Below, piece by piece: positions 51,295 to 62,858 of a DNA stretch of 64,000 nt. Source of the stretch: Catajapyx aquilonaris. Taxonomy: Eukaryota. The position numbers and the translations under genes are program-made. Under the pieces are notes generated by a model that worked only from the letters and a program-made list of their open reading frames with translations, was not told where the DNA came from and searched no databases. The DNA lies in contig KZ538387.1 in the NCBI GenBank assembly GCA_000934665.2, forward strand, positions 1-64,000, read 5' to 3'. Numbering within the stretch: position 1 is the first letter of the stretch; every line of letters begins with the position of its first letter.

Positions 51295-51559
51295 CAATTA
51301 GGATTTCGGTCTAACCAGCCGATTAGTCGTTTGTTTCAATGCTGTTGACAAATTCAGGAACAATATTTAATTAAGTTGTGGGGTACTCCCGACAGGTGGC
51401 GTTGGTTACATTCTGAAAAATTCTGAAAGAGTTCTTCCAGCCAAAATACATTGTGGACTGCTCAGATGAAGAGTTTATTATTTTCCTTTCCTTATCAACA
51501 TGTAGTCTACACTTTATTGGAGTACATGTAGAACATCATCATCTCTTTCTTGTGTTTTC

Positions 51560-52431
51560 TCATTCGCCCCTCACAATATCGCCCGCAATACCAGTCACAG
51601 CTTCAGGAAGAGTTAAAAGAAATTCCTTAACCGCAGTGACGAAATGAGGCACACACTTCGTAGCTCTCCAAAACGCGAAGCATCCAACAGCATCAATATC
51701 AATATTAGAAGCTGTAACATGAACCTAGGCTTTAAAACCAGTTTGACAATTGACGCAAAATGTACCTACATGTGGACATGACGCAATTCGTGAATTCTTT
51801 AAAACCAGTAAGAGATTCTTCTGCTTCGCAGATGTCTCTAATTGCGTTTAAGAAGGCCCCGACAGTTTGTTCAGCTATTTTAACTTCTTGCGATGCCTGA
51901 AAACCATCAATAATGCATGTTAGTTAGTAAGCTCAATTAGGCTTCGGATGGAACATTCCATGCAAATAACCAACATTCAAACGTGAGCTTCACTTACTGC
52001 TTTATATAACCCAGTAAGTACTTCCTGGACGAAACACTGGAAAGCATAAATTTACAGTAGTTTTAGCAACAATATTCGAACGATGTGTATTAGGTTAAAA
52101 TATCTGATAAATACGTGAGCTTTCCAGGGCAGGGTGGCCTTCATTGCCTTGGCAGCAATTTGCACGATGGCTGCGGGCGATAACATTTTGCACTGAAATA
52201 AAGAATATGAATAATTCATTGAGAGTATAATAAAAACATAATCAACAACATTAGAGGGGGGGAAAACATTGATCTTCTAATGACTTCTGGTGACATTTGA
52301 CAATAACAGGTCATAACCTACTGACATTATATCCTTACCACGGAATTTTCCCCCTCGACATCGCCCTGACAAGTGCGAATTTCCCCTAAAGTTATGAGCA
52401 CTCCTAGGGAGAGAAATAACTGTGACTTCAT
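51560..52431 (-). CDS. 6-Cys family paralog F; exons 52431-52339, 52192-52115, 52036-51998, 51896-51770, 51711-51560
   Basis: MKSQLFLSLGVLITLGEIRTCQGDVEGENSV|CKMLSPAAIVQIAAKAMKATLPWKAH|CFVQEVLTGLYKA|ASQEVKIAEQTVGAFLNAIRDICEAEESLTGFKEFTNCVMST|SSNIDIDAVGCFAFWRATKCVPHFVTAVKEFLLTLPEAVTGIAGDIVRGE*. Confidence 0.87.
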
Positions 52432-52852
52432 GGTTTCAAAGCTGGGCTGATACTGAGCTGCAGATACTGAAACGACATACTCATAAACTCGCTTTTCCTA
52501 TACCATTTCCATACATAAACACGCCTAAATAAATTATCAACATGATAGGATTATAAGCCTACAAGTAAAAGTGTATAAAATTCGCTGAAAAATGTTTTAA
52601 AATAATTCTACAAAAATTATATTCATTGTTTTAATATTCATGCCCTACTCTTTGTCATATTTTTCTCAAGTGATAGAAACCCCGCATTATATGGAGCAAA
52701 AAAAGCAATAAATTTTACTAGCATACTACAAGCGCTACAATATAAAACTGTTCAGTGAAGGTGCATTGTGATGCAAATGCTTAAGATTGGCGAGTTTATA
52801 AGTATAGGTCGATCTAGTATCACAACTTCAGTATCTAGCCCACACTGGAACC
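52432..52852. promoter_or_regulatory. Divergent (bidirectional) promoter region between paralogs F and G
   Basis: 421 bp between the ATGs; GCGAGTTTAT(A/G)AG followed by TCAGT in both orientations (plus 52790-52832; minus ~52452-52492). Confidence 0.6.
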
Positions 52853-54344
52853 ATGAAGACACCATATATTCTGTCTCTGGGTGTGTTCTTTATTTTAGGG
52901 CAAATTCGTACTAGTCAGGGTGCTGGGGAAGATTCGGCGGTAAGGACACAACATTGATTAGTAAAATAAGTAGTGTCTTAATTAATGATAATTTGTTATG
53001 AAATGCATACTACAGCTAGTGAAAATTCAATAGTTAAATGTCACTGCATTGATACCTTTAAATTCCTCAGATATTATTTTACGCAACACTAAGTTATCAC
53101 TGATTACATTAGTACTCATTTTTATTGATCAAAATTATTAATATTGTAATGCTGTTGTCATTATCCAAAGTCATTTATTCTGCGTCTTGTGACATATTTG
53201 CTACGTGATTCTCTATAAAATATGAAGTATTGTGCTGCTTATTACGATGATTAGTCTATTTACTTATCTCAATGAATTACAATTCCTAATTTCAGTGCAA
53301 AGTTTTATCGCCCGTTGCCATAGTGAAGATTGGTTTACGTACCCTTAAGCAGACTATGCCCTGGAAACCACACGTATTTATCCTTATTTCTTATTAATAA
53401 TGCAGTATTTTCAGTACAGTCATTAGTGCTTAAAAATTAGACAGATGGTGCTCTAGTAAAGGTCAGGGAGCATATACTACATAAGAGGCGCAAACTTCTG
53501 TCGGCGCCTTTGATGTTCGTGTCTCTCTGTTTGGGGCCGTCGCCAAGGCTGGAGGCCATTTTGAAGTGTGGGGAACGCCAACGAGGTATAAATAGGGTAC
53601 AGGCAAAAATATGGTCCGCCATCTTTGATGGTTTTGGCGGCCATGGCAAGAACACGCGCGAATCAAAGATGGCGGGCCCTATTTTTGCCTGTACCCTATT
53701 TATACCTCGTTGGCGTTCCCCACACTTCAAAATGGCCGCCAGCCTTGGCAACGCCCCCAAACAGAGAGTTATGTAGTATTATGCTCCCTGGTACAGTACT
53801 GACAGGTGATGACATCAACTCACGGCTCTAAGTCAATTCATAATAAATCAAATTTAATTTAACTGAAAACAATGTTACAGCAACTAAGTCATTAATGTGA
53901 CGATAATCTTGCAGTGTTTCTTCCGGACGTTCCTCATATCAGTGTTTGAAACTGTAAGTGAATGAATATAATCTGTAATATAAGTGTAGCGCAACATGCT
54001 GAGTACATTACTGAATTTCAGTCAACATATGAGTTCAAAATGTCGGAAAAGCTTGGGAGCTTAATAAAAGGACTTAGAGGTATGTGCGAAGTTAATGAAG
54101 CGGTCTCGGGCTTTGGAGAATTCCTGCAATGCGCCATGAACACAGGTAGGTACACCCAAAATTGTTGTTTGGACATCTCAGATGATGATATTGTACGGTT
54201 AATGTTACAGCTGGAGAGAAGTCTCTTGCCAAGTCGAGCTGCTTGGTATTTTGGAGGGCAGTGAAGTGTGTGCCCCAATTCATTAAAGCGCTTAAGGAAT
54301 TTGCTAAGGCTCTTCCTGAGACTGTTAGTCTCATGAGGGGCTGA
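52853..54344 (+). CDS. 6-Cys family paralog G; exons 52853-52939, 53296-53373, 53915-53953, 54022-54145, 54211-54344
   Basis: MKTPYILSLGVFFILGQIRTSQGAGEDSA|CKVLSPVAIVKIGLRTLKQTMPWKPH|CFFRTFLISVFET|STYEFKMSEKLGSLIKGLRGMCEVNEAVSGFGEFLQCAMNT|AGEKSLAKSSCLVFWRAVKCVPQFIKALKEFAKALPETVSLMRG*. Confidence 0.87.
53464..53790. mobile_element. Largely palindromic MITE (hAT-like CAGGG ends) in intron 2 of paralog G
   Basis: cagggagcatatactacataa ... ttatgtagtattatgctccctg; ~110-bp internal arms (53525-53628 vs 53662-53768). Confidence 0.8.
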
Positions 54345-54619
54345 TTGTGTCTTTTTTATGCCAAGATCAAAGTGCACCAACTGAACTTCAAAAGTGTCCT
54401 AAATAATGTGTACATATTGTGTCCGGAAGAAATAAAAGTCGTACCTGACGGAAATTCATCTGGATGCTGGACTCTGATCATGAGTGTGTCATTAACCTTT
54501 TGAATAATTTCTGAATTAAACAATATAAATATTTTGTAAATACTGTTGCTGAATTATTCCAAAATAATAGTTGAACCAGTTGACTTTAATTTACAATGAC
54601 CTTGAAAATAGCTCTTATC

Positions 54620-54810
54620 CGCACCGGGTTCGATCCCCGCCCGGGAGTTCCCTTTCACCTGCGTCAGGAGGGACTCTGACACGCACCTGGCAACCTAACC
54701 TGGCACATGGCCCTTTTTTTCGACATTGCACTTGTACCTGCGTCTCCTAAGTACCCTCCCCCCCCCCTCTGGCTCTAACACGGGGTAATGCAAAATAATA
54801 ATAATAATAA
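54620..54810 (+). mobile_element. Diverged SINE S1-like copy
   Basis: ccgggttcgatcccc B box; ccccc...cacggggtaatgc(aat)n tail. Confidence 0.55.
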
Positions 54811-55649
54811 ATTTTAAACGGACAATAACAATAATTCTTTTCGAACTTAAAAGTTATCCCCGGTTTAATGCTTTGGTGATCGATGTTGCTTAGGTTTACT
54901 ACATTATCTTTGCGATACCCCAACTATTGTCATTTACAATGCTATTATTTGAGAGGTTACGTAACCCTTGATTGTGACGCATTGTATATATACAATAGGA
55001 CCAATTATGGTCCCTGACTTTTGACCTGGCATAAAACAGAAATGGTCACGCCGAGACGAAAAGTTAGTTGTGCATTTTCTAAGTGGCTAATTCAAGTGAT
55101 AGTTCTTAAAAATATATGGCAAGTACTAGTAGTTTGGATAGTAGTAATTCGCTCAACATCATTAAATATAAGCTCACCATTTCCAAAGAAATATAAATCC
55201 TAATTTACAAGCCTTGAACCTCATTGAGACTGATTAGACCAATTATGAGGTCTGATTCAGGTCAGCCATTTTAACCGCTTAAAATGCGTGTTACTAAAAC
55301 GCGTTTAAGAATGTAAAAATTTCTTATCATAAATAAGATCTTATTTATTATAAGAAATTTGCCTCCATCGATGGAGGCAAATCTATGGGGAATGTCACTT
55401 CTGGGCTATAGGTCAGAAGTGACCTTCCCCTACATTTATTTCCCATAGCAAAGGTGGCCATATCAGCTAGCTAATATTGTTTCAGATAAAGATTATTATG
55501 TAAGAAAAAACATTACACCATCTGGCATTGCTTATCACTACGACCTTGAATAATTGCATCCACTTCTGACCAATCAAGGCATTTGAAGTTGCATACTGAG
55601 TGTCACCAGAAGTTATTTGTTTGTCAGGAGGATCGACCAAGCTGCAAAA

Positions 55650-58319
55650 ATGATCCGAGAGTTATTAATATGTTTTATAGCGATATTAGTTGCATTTGAA
55701 TATTACCGGCGTAAAATGCGAAGTGGGAAGTATCCTCCAGGTAAGTAGCATCATACTTTAAAATACATTGTGTTACATGCTACAATGTTGTATAGGACCA
55801 ATGGGAATTCCTATCCTTGGCTACTTGCCATTTCTGGGTTCCAACACTTTTCTTGGTATGGGAAAACTCACCAAACAATATGGAGACATCTACAGCATGA
55901 GTTTTGGACCTTTGAGGTAAGATATTTATTTTCATAAGCATAACTTGAAGTTTACAAATATATTTTGCAGATGTGTGGTATTAAACAGCATAAGTCTCAT
56001 TCGTGAAGCAAGCAAACGAACCGAATTCAGTGGTCGGCCTTCATTTCATATGGCCAAAATGTGGTCAAGTAGAGGCAGCAATGACCACGCTTATGGTAAA
56101 AAAAATTGTGACATGGTAGAGTATTATCTATATAAATAAAGCCGTTTGTGAGTCTGTCTGTCTTTCTGTCTGTCTGTCCGCCTGCCAACCGTCATTTGCC
56201 TGCCATCTGTGCTCCACCCCCAGGCCGGGAGAGGATGGAGGTTTTGGGGGTTGACTACAGATGGCAGGCAAATGACGGTTGCCGTTATACTGGCGGGACA
56301 GGTTGAAGGTGTTGGAGTAGCAGGACCACAGATGGCATTGGTGGACGGACACACAGAAAGACAGACAGTTGACGGGGCTACTGGCAGGTGTTTTCCCTTC
56401 ATTCATTTCTTCCCGGGCAACGCCGGGTGCCGCAGCTAGTACCGGTAATCAATAAAGAAATTAATAAATTGCAGGTCTTTTGTTTAATGAGGGTGAAGAA
56501 TGGAAGGAGCAACGTCGTTTTACCCTTAGGATGCTCAGAGACTATGGATTTGGAAAGAAATCTATGGAAAATCTAATCCAAGATGAGATCCATGAATTAC
56601 TGGATATCCTCAGGTAAATAAGCTTGAATCGTATGAGTATGATTTTTTTTACAAATATTTTATTTATTTATTTTAAAGAACAAAGAAAGAGGGGCAGTTG
56701 GTTTCACCTGAACATCTGTTCGAAATATCTGTGGTGAACTCACTATGGACAATCATATCTGGAGTCAGGTATTCTCCTGATGACCCACGACTGAAGACAT
56801 TGGTGGAAAGGCTTAGCAGGTAATACGAATAAAATACAGGTGTTAACCATCATACTGATCATGGGAAAATCCATATCTGATATTTCTATATAGAAAGTAT
56901 AATATTAAAGGATATTTCAGAGATTTTGTAACAGTCGGAGCACAGGGGATGCCATTTTACTTTCCAACCATTTCAAAATGGTTCCCAAACTTTTCTGGAT
57001 ACAACAAACTAAGCAGAGCCATCGAGGGAATAGCAGAGCTTGTTAAGGTCAGCATTCATATTGCTACACAAAATTCTAGAAATTTTAAATTACTAACAAC
57101 GTTGTTACAGAGCGAAATTTCAAATCACAAGAAGGATTATTCACCTAGCGGCCTTCGAGACTTTATGGACGCATATTTGAAAGAAATAGAAGATACTAAG
57201 AATCCCAATTCGTCGTTTTATCAAGAAACTGGAGGTAAATTAATCTTAGTTCATTGAAATTCAATCATTAATTGCTGTCGATTGTACTCATAGAATTGTC
57301 CTTGATAACCACTCTGATTGACCTATTCGGAGGAGGAACAGAGACAACCACGACTGCCCTGACCTGGGCTTGTCTCTATCTGGCAGCATTCCCAGAAGTG
57401 CAGAAGAAGATCCATAAAGAGATGGACGATGTCCTTGGAAGAAATCATCTACCACAATTAGCAGACAAAGAACGGTACGGTACATCTCACAAATGGTAGC
57501 CTAACATCTATAATATTAAAATCCTTGCGGGAGTTGGCCGAGCCCTCTGATTGGTCCGCCACATATTGTTACCGCCACCTCCCCATTTGCCCGCGTTCTA
57601 CTCATGCGCAATGGGGTGTAAACAACTCCTCTGTTGGGTTACCGGGGAAACTGTCCATTCCCCGGCGATATGGTGCGCCGAATAGGTACCCCAGGCCGTA
57701 GGCCTAGAAAAGAGCGAGCGTTTTCCTAGTAAAATAATTATTTTCTCTCTTTACAAGCCTTCCTTACTTCGAAGCCTACACGCAGGAGACATTTCGACTG
57801 TCAGGACTTGCACCAGTGTTAGTGTTCCACAAGACAATAGAAGACACAGGTAAATTCTTGTGAAATGTCAACATCTGACATTGTTAACAAGTTTTGCAGA
57901 GTTTCAGGGGTATGAGATTCCAAAAGACACGACGGTCATTATGAACGCCTGGTATGTCATGCATGATCCGAAGAACTGGGAACGACCTAATGAGTTTTAT
58001 CCGGAGCATTTTCTGGCCCCTGATGGATCCTTCAGGAACCGCGACGCTTTTATCTTATTCGGAACAGGTCAGCTACTGCTAGAAACAGTGTTAACAATAT
58101 ATTGTTACATTGCAATCATTTATTGTAGGAAAGAGGGTGTGCCCTGCTGAGACTCTGGCTCGAACTAGTTTCTTCCTATTTCTGACCAGCATTTTGCAAG
58201 AATTCACATTGGAATTTCCTCCTGGAGAAAAACCCTCTTTGGATTTTGCTAGTCCTGGATTTACGTTGCGACCACATCACTACAATGTGAAGTTTTGCAA
58301 GAGATCCAGCTCCTCATAG
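55650..58319 (+). CDS. Cytochrome P450, CYP2 clan (copy 7), 11 exons
   Basis: YPPGPMGIP; WKEQRRF; DLFGGGTETTT; ETFR; FYPEHF; FGTGKRVCPAE. Confidence 0.9.
56127..56439 (+). mobile_element. Non-autonomous Helitron H1 in intron 3 of P450 copy 7
   Basis: A|TC...(GTCT)n...hairpin...CTAG|T with no TSD. Confidence 0.85.
57507..57729 (+). mobile_element. Non-autonomous Helitron family H3 in a P450 intron
   Basis: A|TCTATAATATTAAA...gcgagcgttttcCTAG|T. Confidence 0.7.
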
Positions 58320-58537
58320 ACCAAACTTGATTCTGATATTCACTTATCCTGGTTCAGTCTAATCTAAACCAACAGTGTCAGAGTTCATATAGGGAGAAAG
58401 GAGAAACCCAAAAAGGATATGTTTCTGAGACTGGCTTTTGATGTGATCATAATTCTTCAAAATGAGAAATATCTCCAAGTCTATACGTATTGAGATTAAT
58501 AAAATCTCTTGGTTCTCACTGTACGTTTATCATTAAA

Positions 58538-58803
58538 CTAGCAGGATACCCGGCGTTGCTCGGCAACTGAACAGGGGTTGTTTATACCAAATTAGAACAG
58601 GGGGCCAATGTCCCAAAGTCCTTTCCGCCTCCTGTGGCCAAGGATGACCTCGGAGGTCAATTCCAATGTGCTTAAAACCTTCCCAGTAAAAAACTACCCC
58701 TAATGATACCCCTGGGGCATATGTCGGGGCCTCCGTATGGATTTGCATAGCGGATAACAGGACAGACAGACAGAGAGACATACGTCGAGAAATATGTATT
58801 AGA
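58538..58803 (-). mobile_element. Non-autonomous Helitron H2, full length
   Basis: Minus strand: A|TCTAATAC...(TGTC)n...ccgagcaacgccgggtatcctgCTAG|T. Confidence 0.8.
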
Positions 58804-59634
58804 TAATTATAACTTCCCAATACACTATGCAACAGGATATTTGTCCATGGAAATTTATTGCTATTTCCCTGTTCCTTAGGTCATTCGTAATTCATAATGA
58901 CCATTCAACTTTGATTTGTTTTTGACCTCGGGGAAGTCAAAAAACCAAAATCCTCAAATGCAGCATTTTTTCCCAATAAAGTGGGACTCAATGCTGCTAG
59001 ACCATTACTAGACCATCTCGGACAACATGAATGGTCATTATGATTACGGGTGACCTAAGGAACATGAATGTGACGATGAATTTACATGGACAAAAAAGAG
59101 TCAAATTTTGTTGCAGTGTTATCAAGGACTGTCTTAACATTTGATAATTATGGAGATACATAACCAATAAGTACTCCAAGGACAATGATGACTTGACTGC
59201 AAGATGAAGGGCATGACCAAGGAAATTTAACGATACATAATCACTCAAGTATCTCTCACATCGTAGCTTGGAAAAAGGCTGCGTACAATCAGTTGGTGAC
59301 TTGACTATTTGCTCAATCAACAATATATTTATATGAAATCATGCATCATTCGTGCAAAGTCATGTGAGGCATCAACAACACACAGTTTCTAATTATTAAA
59401 TATAACTTCCCATTATCAAGGGCGGTCTTAACCTTTGATATGAAGATGCATAATCAGTGGGCACTTCAAGGACAATGATCACTTAAATGCAAGATGAAGT
59501 GCGTGACCAATCAAATCTAACGATAAAAAATATTATTACGCAAGTATATCTCACATCGTAACATGGAAAAAAGGCTTGGTACAAATCAGTTGGTGTCTTG
59601 ACTATTTGCTAAGTGAACGCAAAATTTTAGCAAG

Positions 59635-61778
59635 ATGATCCGCGAATTGTTGATGTGCGTTTTCGCTCTTTTGATCGCCTTTGAATATTTCCGGAGAAAA
59701 CAGCAACACAGCGGGAAGTATCCTCCCGGTAAGTAGTATGCTAATGATCTTTGATAATGTGAAGTAGGCTACAATTTTACTACAAATTGTTTGTAGGCCC
59801 AACAGGAATTCCCATCCTTGGCTACCTGCCATTCCTGGGTTCGAACCCATTTTTGGGAATGGGAAAACTCACTAAGAAGTATGGAGACATATACAGCATG
59901 AGTTTCGGGCCTTTGAAGTAAGGTATTTTTATTTATTAACACTTTTAAATATTTACGAGTGTCTTTTGCAGATGTGTGGTATTAAACAGCATAAGTCTCA
60001 TTCGTGAGGCTAGCAAGCGAAACGAGTTCAGTGGTCGGCCTTCATTTGAAATGTCCAAAATTTGGGCAGGTCGAGGCACTGAACATGCGCACGGTAAATA
60101 TTCAATTACTAGTTGATAAAATTATGAATTATTTTCTAATAAGAAATATGATATATTGCAGGAATAATATTTTCTGAAGGTGAAGAGTGGAAGGAGCAAC
60201 GTAGATTTACACTTAGAATGCTCAGAGACTTTGGGTTTGGCAGGAAATCTATGGAGAATATGATCCAAGATGAGGTTCACGAACTGATGGAAACTCTAAG
60301 GCAAGACATCTCTTGATTTATAATAGGCTATGTGATTCTAAATATATTTTACAGAAATAAGAAGGAAGGCCAACTGGTTACACCCGAGCATCTGTTCGAA
60401 ATATCTGTGGTGAACTCCCTGTGGACAATTGTGTCTGGGATCAGGTATGCACCTGATGACCCAAGACTGAACGTATTGGTGGAGAAGCTCAGCAGGTAAG
60501 CCAAACATATAGCCTACTGATAATAATTGTGTCGGAACTCAATCAACAATGCTCCATATTCATTTCAGGGATTTTGTGACAGTAGGAGCACAAGGGATGC
60601 CATTTTACCTGCCAACTCTGTCAAAAATGTTCCCAGATTTATCCGGATATAACAAACTGCGGAAAGCTCTCGGAGGGATTGAAGATTTTGCGAAGGTCAG
60701 TGCAGGATCTCGATCAATTTTTGCTGGTGGTATGTGACATTGACCTGATTATCAATATGACTGTGCTACAGGTGGAGATTTCAAATCACAGGAAAGACTA
60801 TTCACCCAGCAGCCCTCGTGACTTCATGGACATGTACATGAAGGAAATAGAAAACACGAATGATCCCAATTCGTCTTTTTATCGAGAAAAAGGGGGTAAG
60901 ACAAGAAAATACTTGTCATTGTTGATTCTATGTGTATTCGCTTGTATTTTGCAGAATTATCCTTCCAATCTACACTCATTGACCTCTTTGGAGCTGGGAC
61001 TGAAACATCAACAACTGCCCTGTCATGGGCATGTCTCTACCTGGCCACACATCCAGAGGTGCAAAAGAAAATCCACAAAGAAATGGACGAGGTAATTGGA
61101 AGGAACCAACTGCCACAATTAGCAGACAAGGAACGGTAATAATTGAGCTGTAATGTCATTTAAAATATATTCTAATTATTTCTTATCACCAGCCTGCCAT
61201 ACTTCGACGCAGTGACTCACGAGACCTTTCGATTGTCAGCCCTAGTACCCTTGTTGGTGTTTCATAAAGCAACGGAAGACACTGGTAAAAACATCAATGT
61301 TACATATTTAAAATGAAATTGATATCGGAACTTTGACTTGCAGAGTTGCAAGGTTATGAGATTCCAAAAGACACAACAGTCCTCATGAACGCTTGGTATG
61401 TCATGCACGATCCGAGGAACTGGGAAAGACCTAATGAGTTTTATCCAGAGCATTTTCTGGCTCCTGATGGATCCTTCAAGAACCACGAGGCTTTCATTTT
61501 ATTTGGAACCGGTGAGATTTTTTTCATTCTAGTTAAGAAACATAGCAGTAATTTGCAGTAACACTACTATTCATTTATCAATATTTGCAGGAAAGAGAGT
61601 ATGCTTGGGAGAAAATTTAGCAAGGCTGACCTTCTTCTTGTTCTTGTCCAACATATTACACGAATTCACTATTGAGTTACCTCCAGGAGAAAAACCGGCT
61701 CTCAATTTTACAAGCCCCGGATTCACTCTACGTCCACACCCTTTCAATATCAAGTTCTGTAAGAGGTTTCGCCAATAG
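59635..61778 (+). CDS. Cytochrome P450, CYP2 clan (copy 8), 11 exons, one GC-AG intron
   Basis: YPPGPTGIP; WKEQRRF; DLFGAGTETST; ETFR; FYPEHF; FGTGKRVCLG. Confidence 0.9.
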
Positions 61779-62207
61779 GATCATCCCAAAGTCTGTATAA
61801 GAATAAACAATATCAGTCTATTCAACAGGGACGTTTTGCCTCAATATTTTATGAAATCATGCATCATTCGTGCAAAGTGATGTGATGCATCAACAACACC
61901 CACAGGCACGCTACCTTGGTAATTTCACGTCATTACCTAAGTTCCTTATTGCAACATATTATCATCACCTTATCTTGTAAAAATTTTATATCATTGCGGA
62001 TATTTATCATAGATGTCACTACTGTCTATTGTGGATAAAACGCACTAAACGATCTAATCTAGACAGATATCAGTCATATCACTATTTGCACTCTTCTTTT
62101 AATCTTGAGATGCATTATCCCTGCAACATGCCAGTGAGTGACTTAAAGAGCAGTAACTATGACTGTATACTGGGTTTCACATTTAACTACTCTTGACAAT
62201 TTATCAG

Positions 62208-62280
62208 CCTGCCATACTTTGAAGTGGTGACTCATGAGATCTTGAGGTTCTCAACACTTACTAAAAATGTCTTCCAGTAT
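62208..62280 (+). pseudogene. Isolated P450 K-helix relic exon
   Basis: atcag|c LPYFEVVTHEILRFSTLTKNVF, homologous to the copy 8 exon LPYFDAVTHETFRLS. Confidence 0.65.
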
Positions 62281-62858
62281 CAAATGAGATCCGGATATTT
62301 TAATCTCGAAGTTCATTATCCAGTCAGTAAATATCAATTTCAAGGTGTATGTACAGTAGATATCAGGCCAAAATTTCTCTCGTTATTTGTATGTCGTTAG
62401 GTTAAGTTGTATAATGTTGTCGCTCCGTTACACTGCTGCATACGAGTGGGAGGTCACATGTGAGAGGCACAGGTTATCTTCAGGAGGGGGAAGGTGGGTG
62501 GTGAGGAAGGACCGGTATTACTTATTGGGCATTATACGCATCGGTCATTGTCTCATCTGATATGGAATATCACACTAAAACTGTCTTCTCCGCATCAAGC
62601 TGAGGTCAACACCTTTTTAATCTTGAGGTGAATTGTCCAACAAGTACAGTACATATCAATTGCCTGCAACATGAAGTGCGTGACTTAAGATATCAACCCA
62701 TAAATAATTTTCGCCAATCTTCCTTATCATAAACACTCAAAAATTTTAGGTGTTCACACGGTGCGTTTCTTCTCACTCTTCACAGCGATACACATTTTCA
62801 GGTCTTTCACACCTGATTTTAGTGAGTAATCCTACATAGTAATGATTTGCTAGGCAAA

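Noticed and set aside
53437..53831. Overlapping mirror ORFs on both strands (also at 34038-34693)
   Set aside because: Artefacts of palindromic MITEs.
40396..54344. Naming the 6-Cys family as classic OBP, CSP or NPC2
   Set aside because: It lacks C2-X3-C3, the Cys number and spacing do not fit CSP, and the sequence looks helical, unlike NPC2. Left unassigned.
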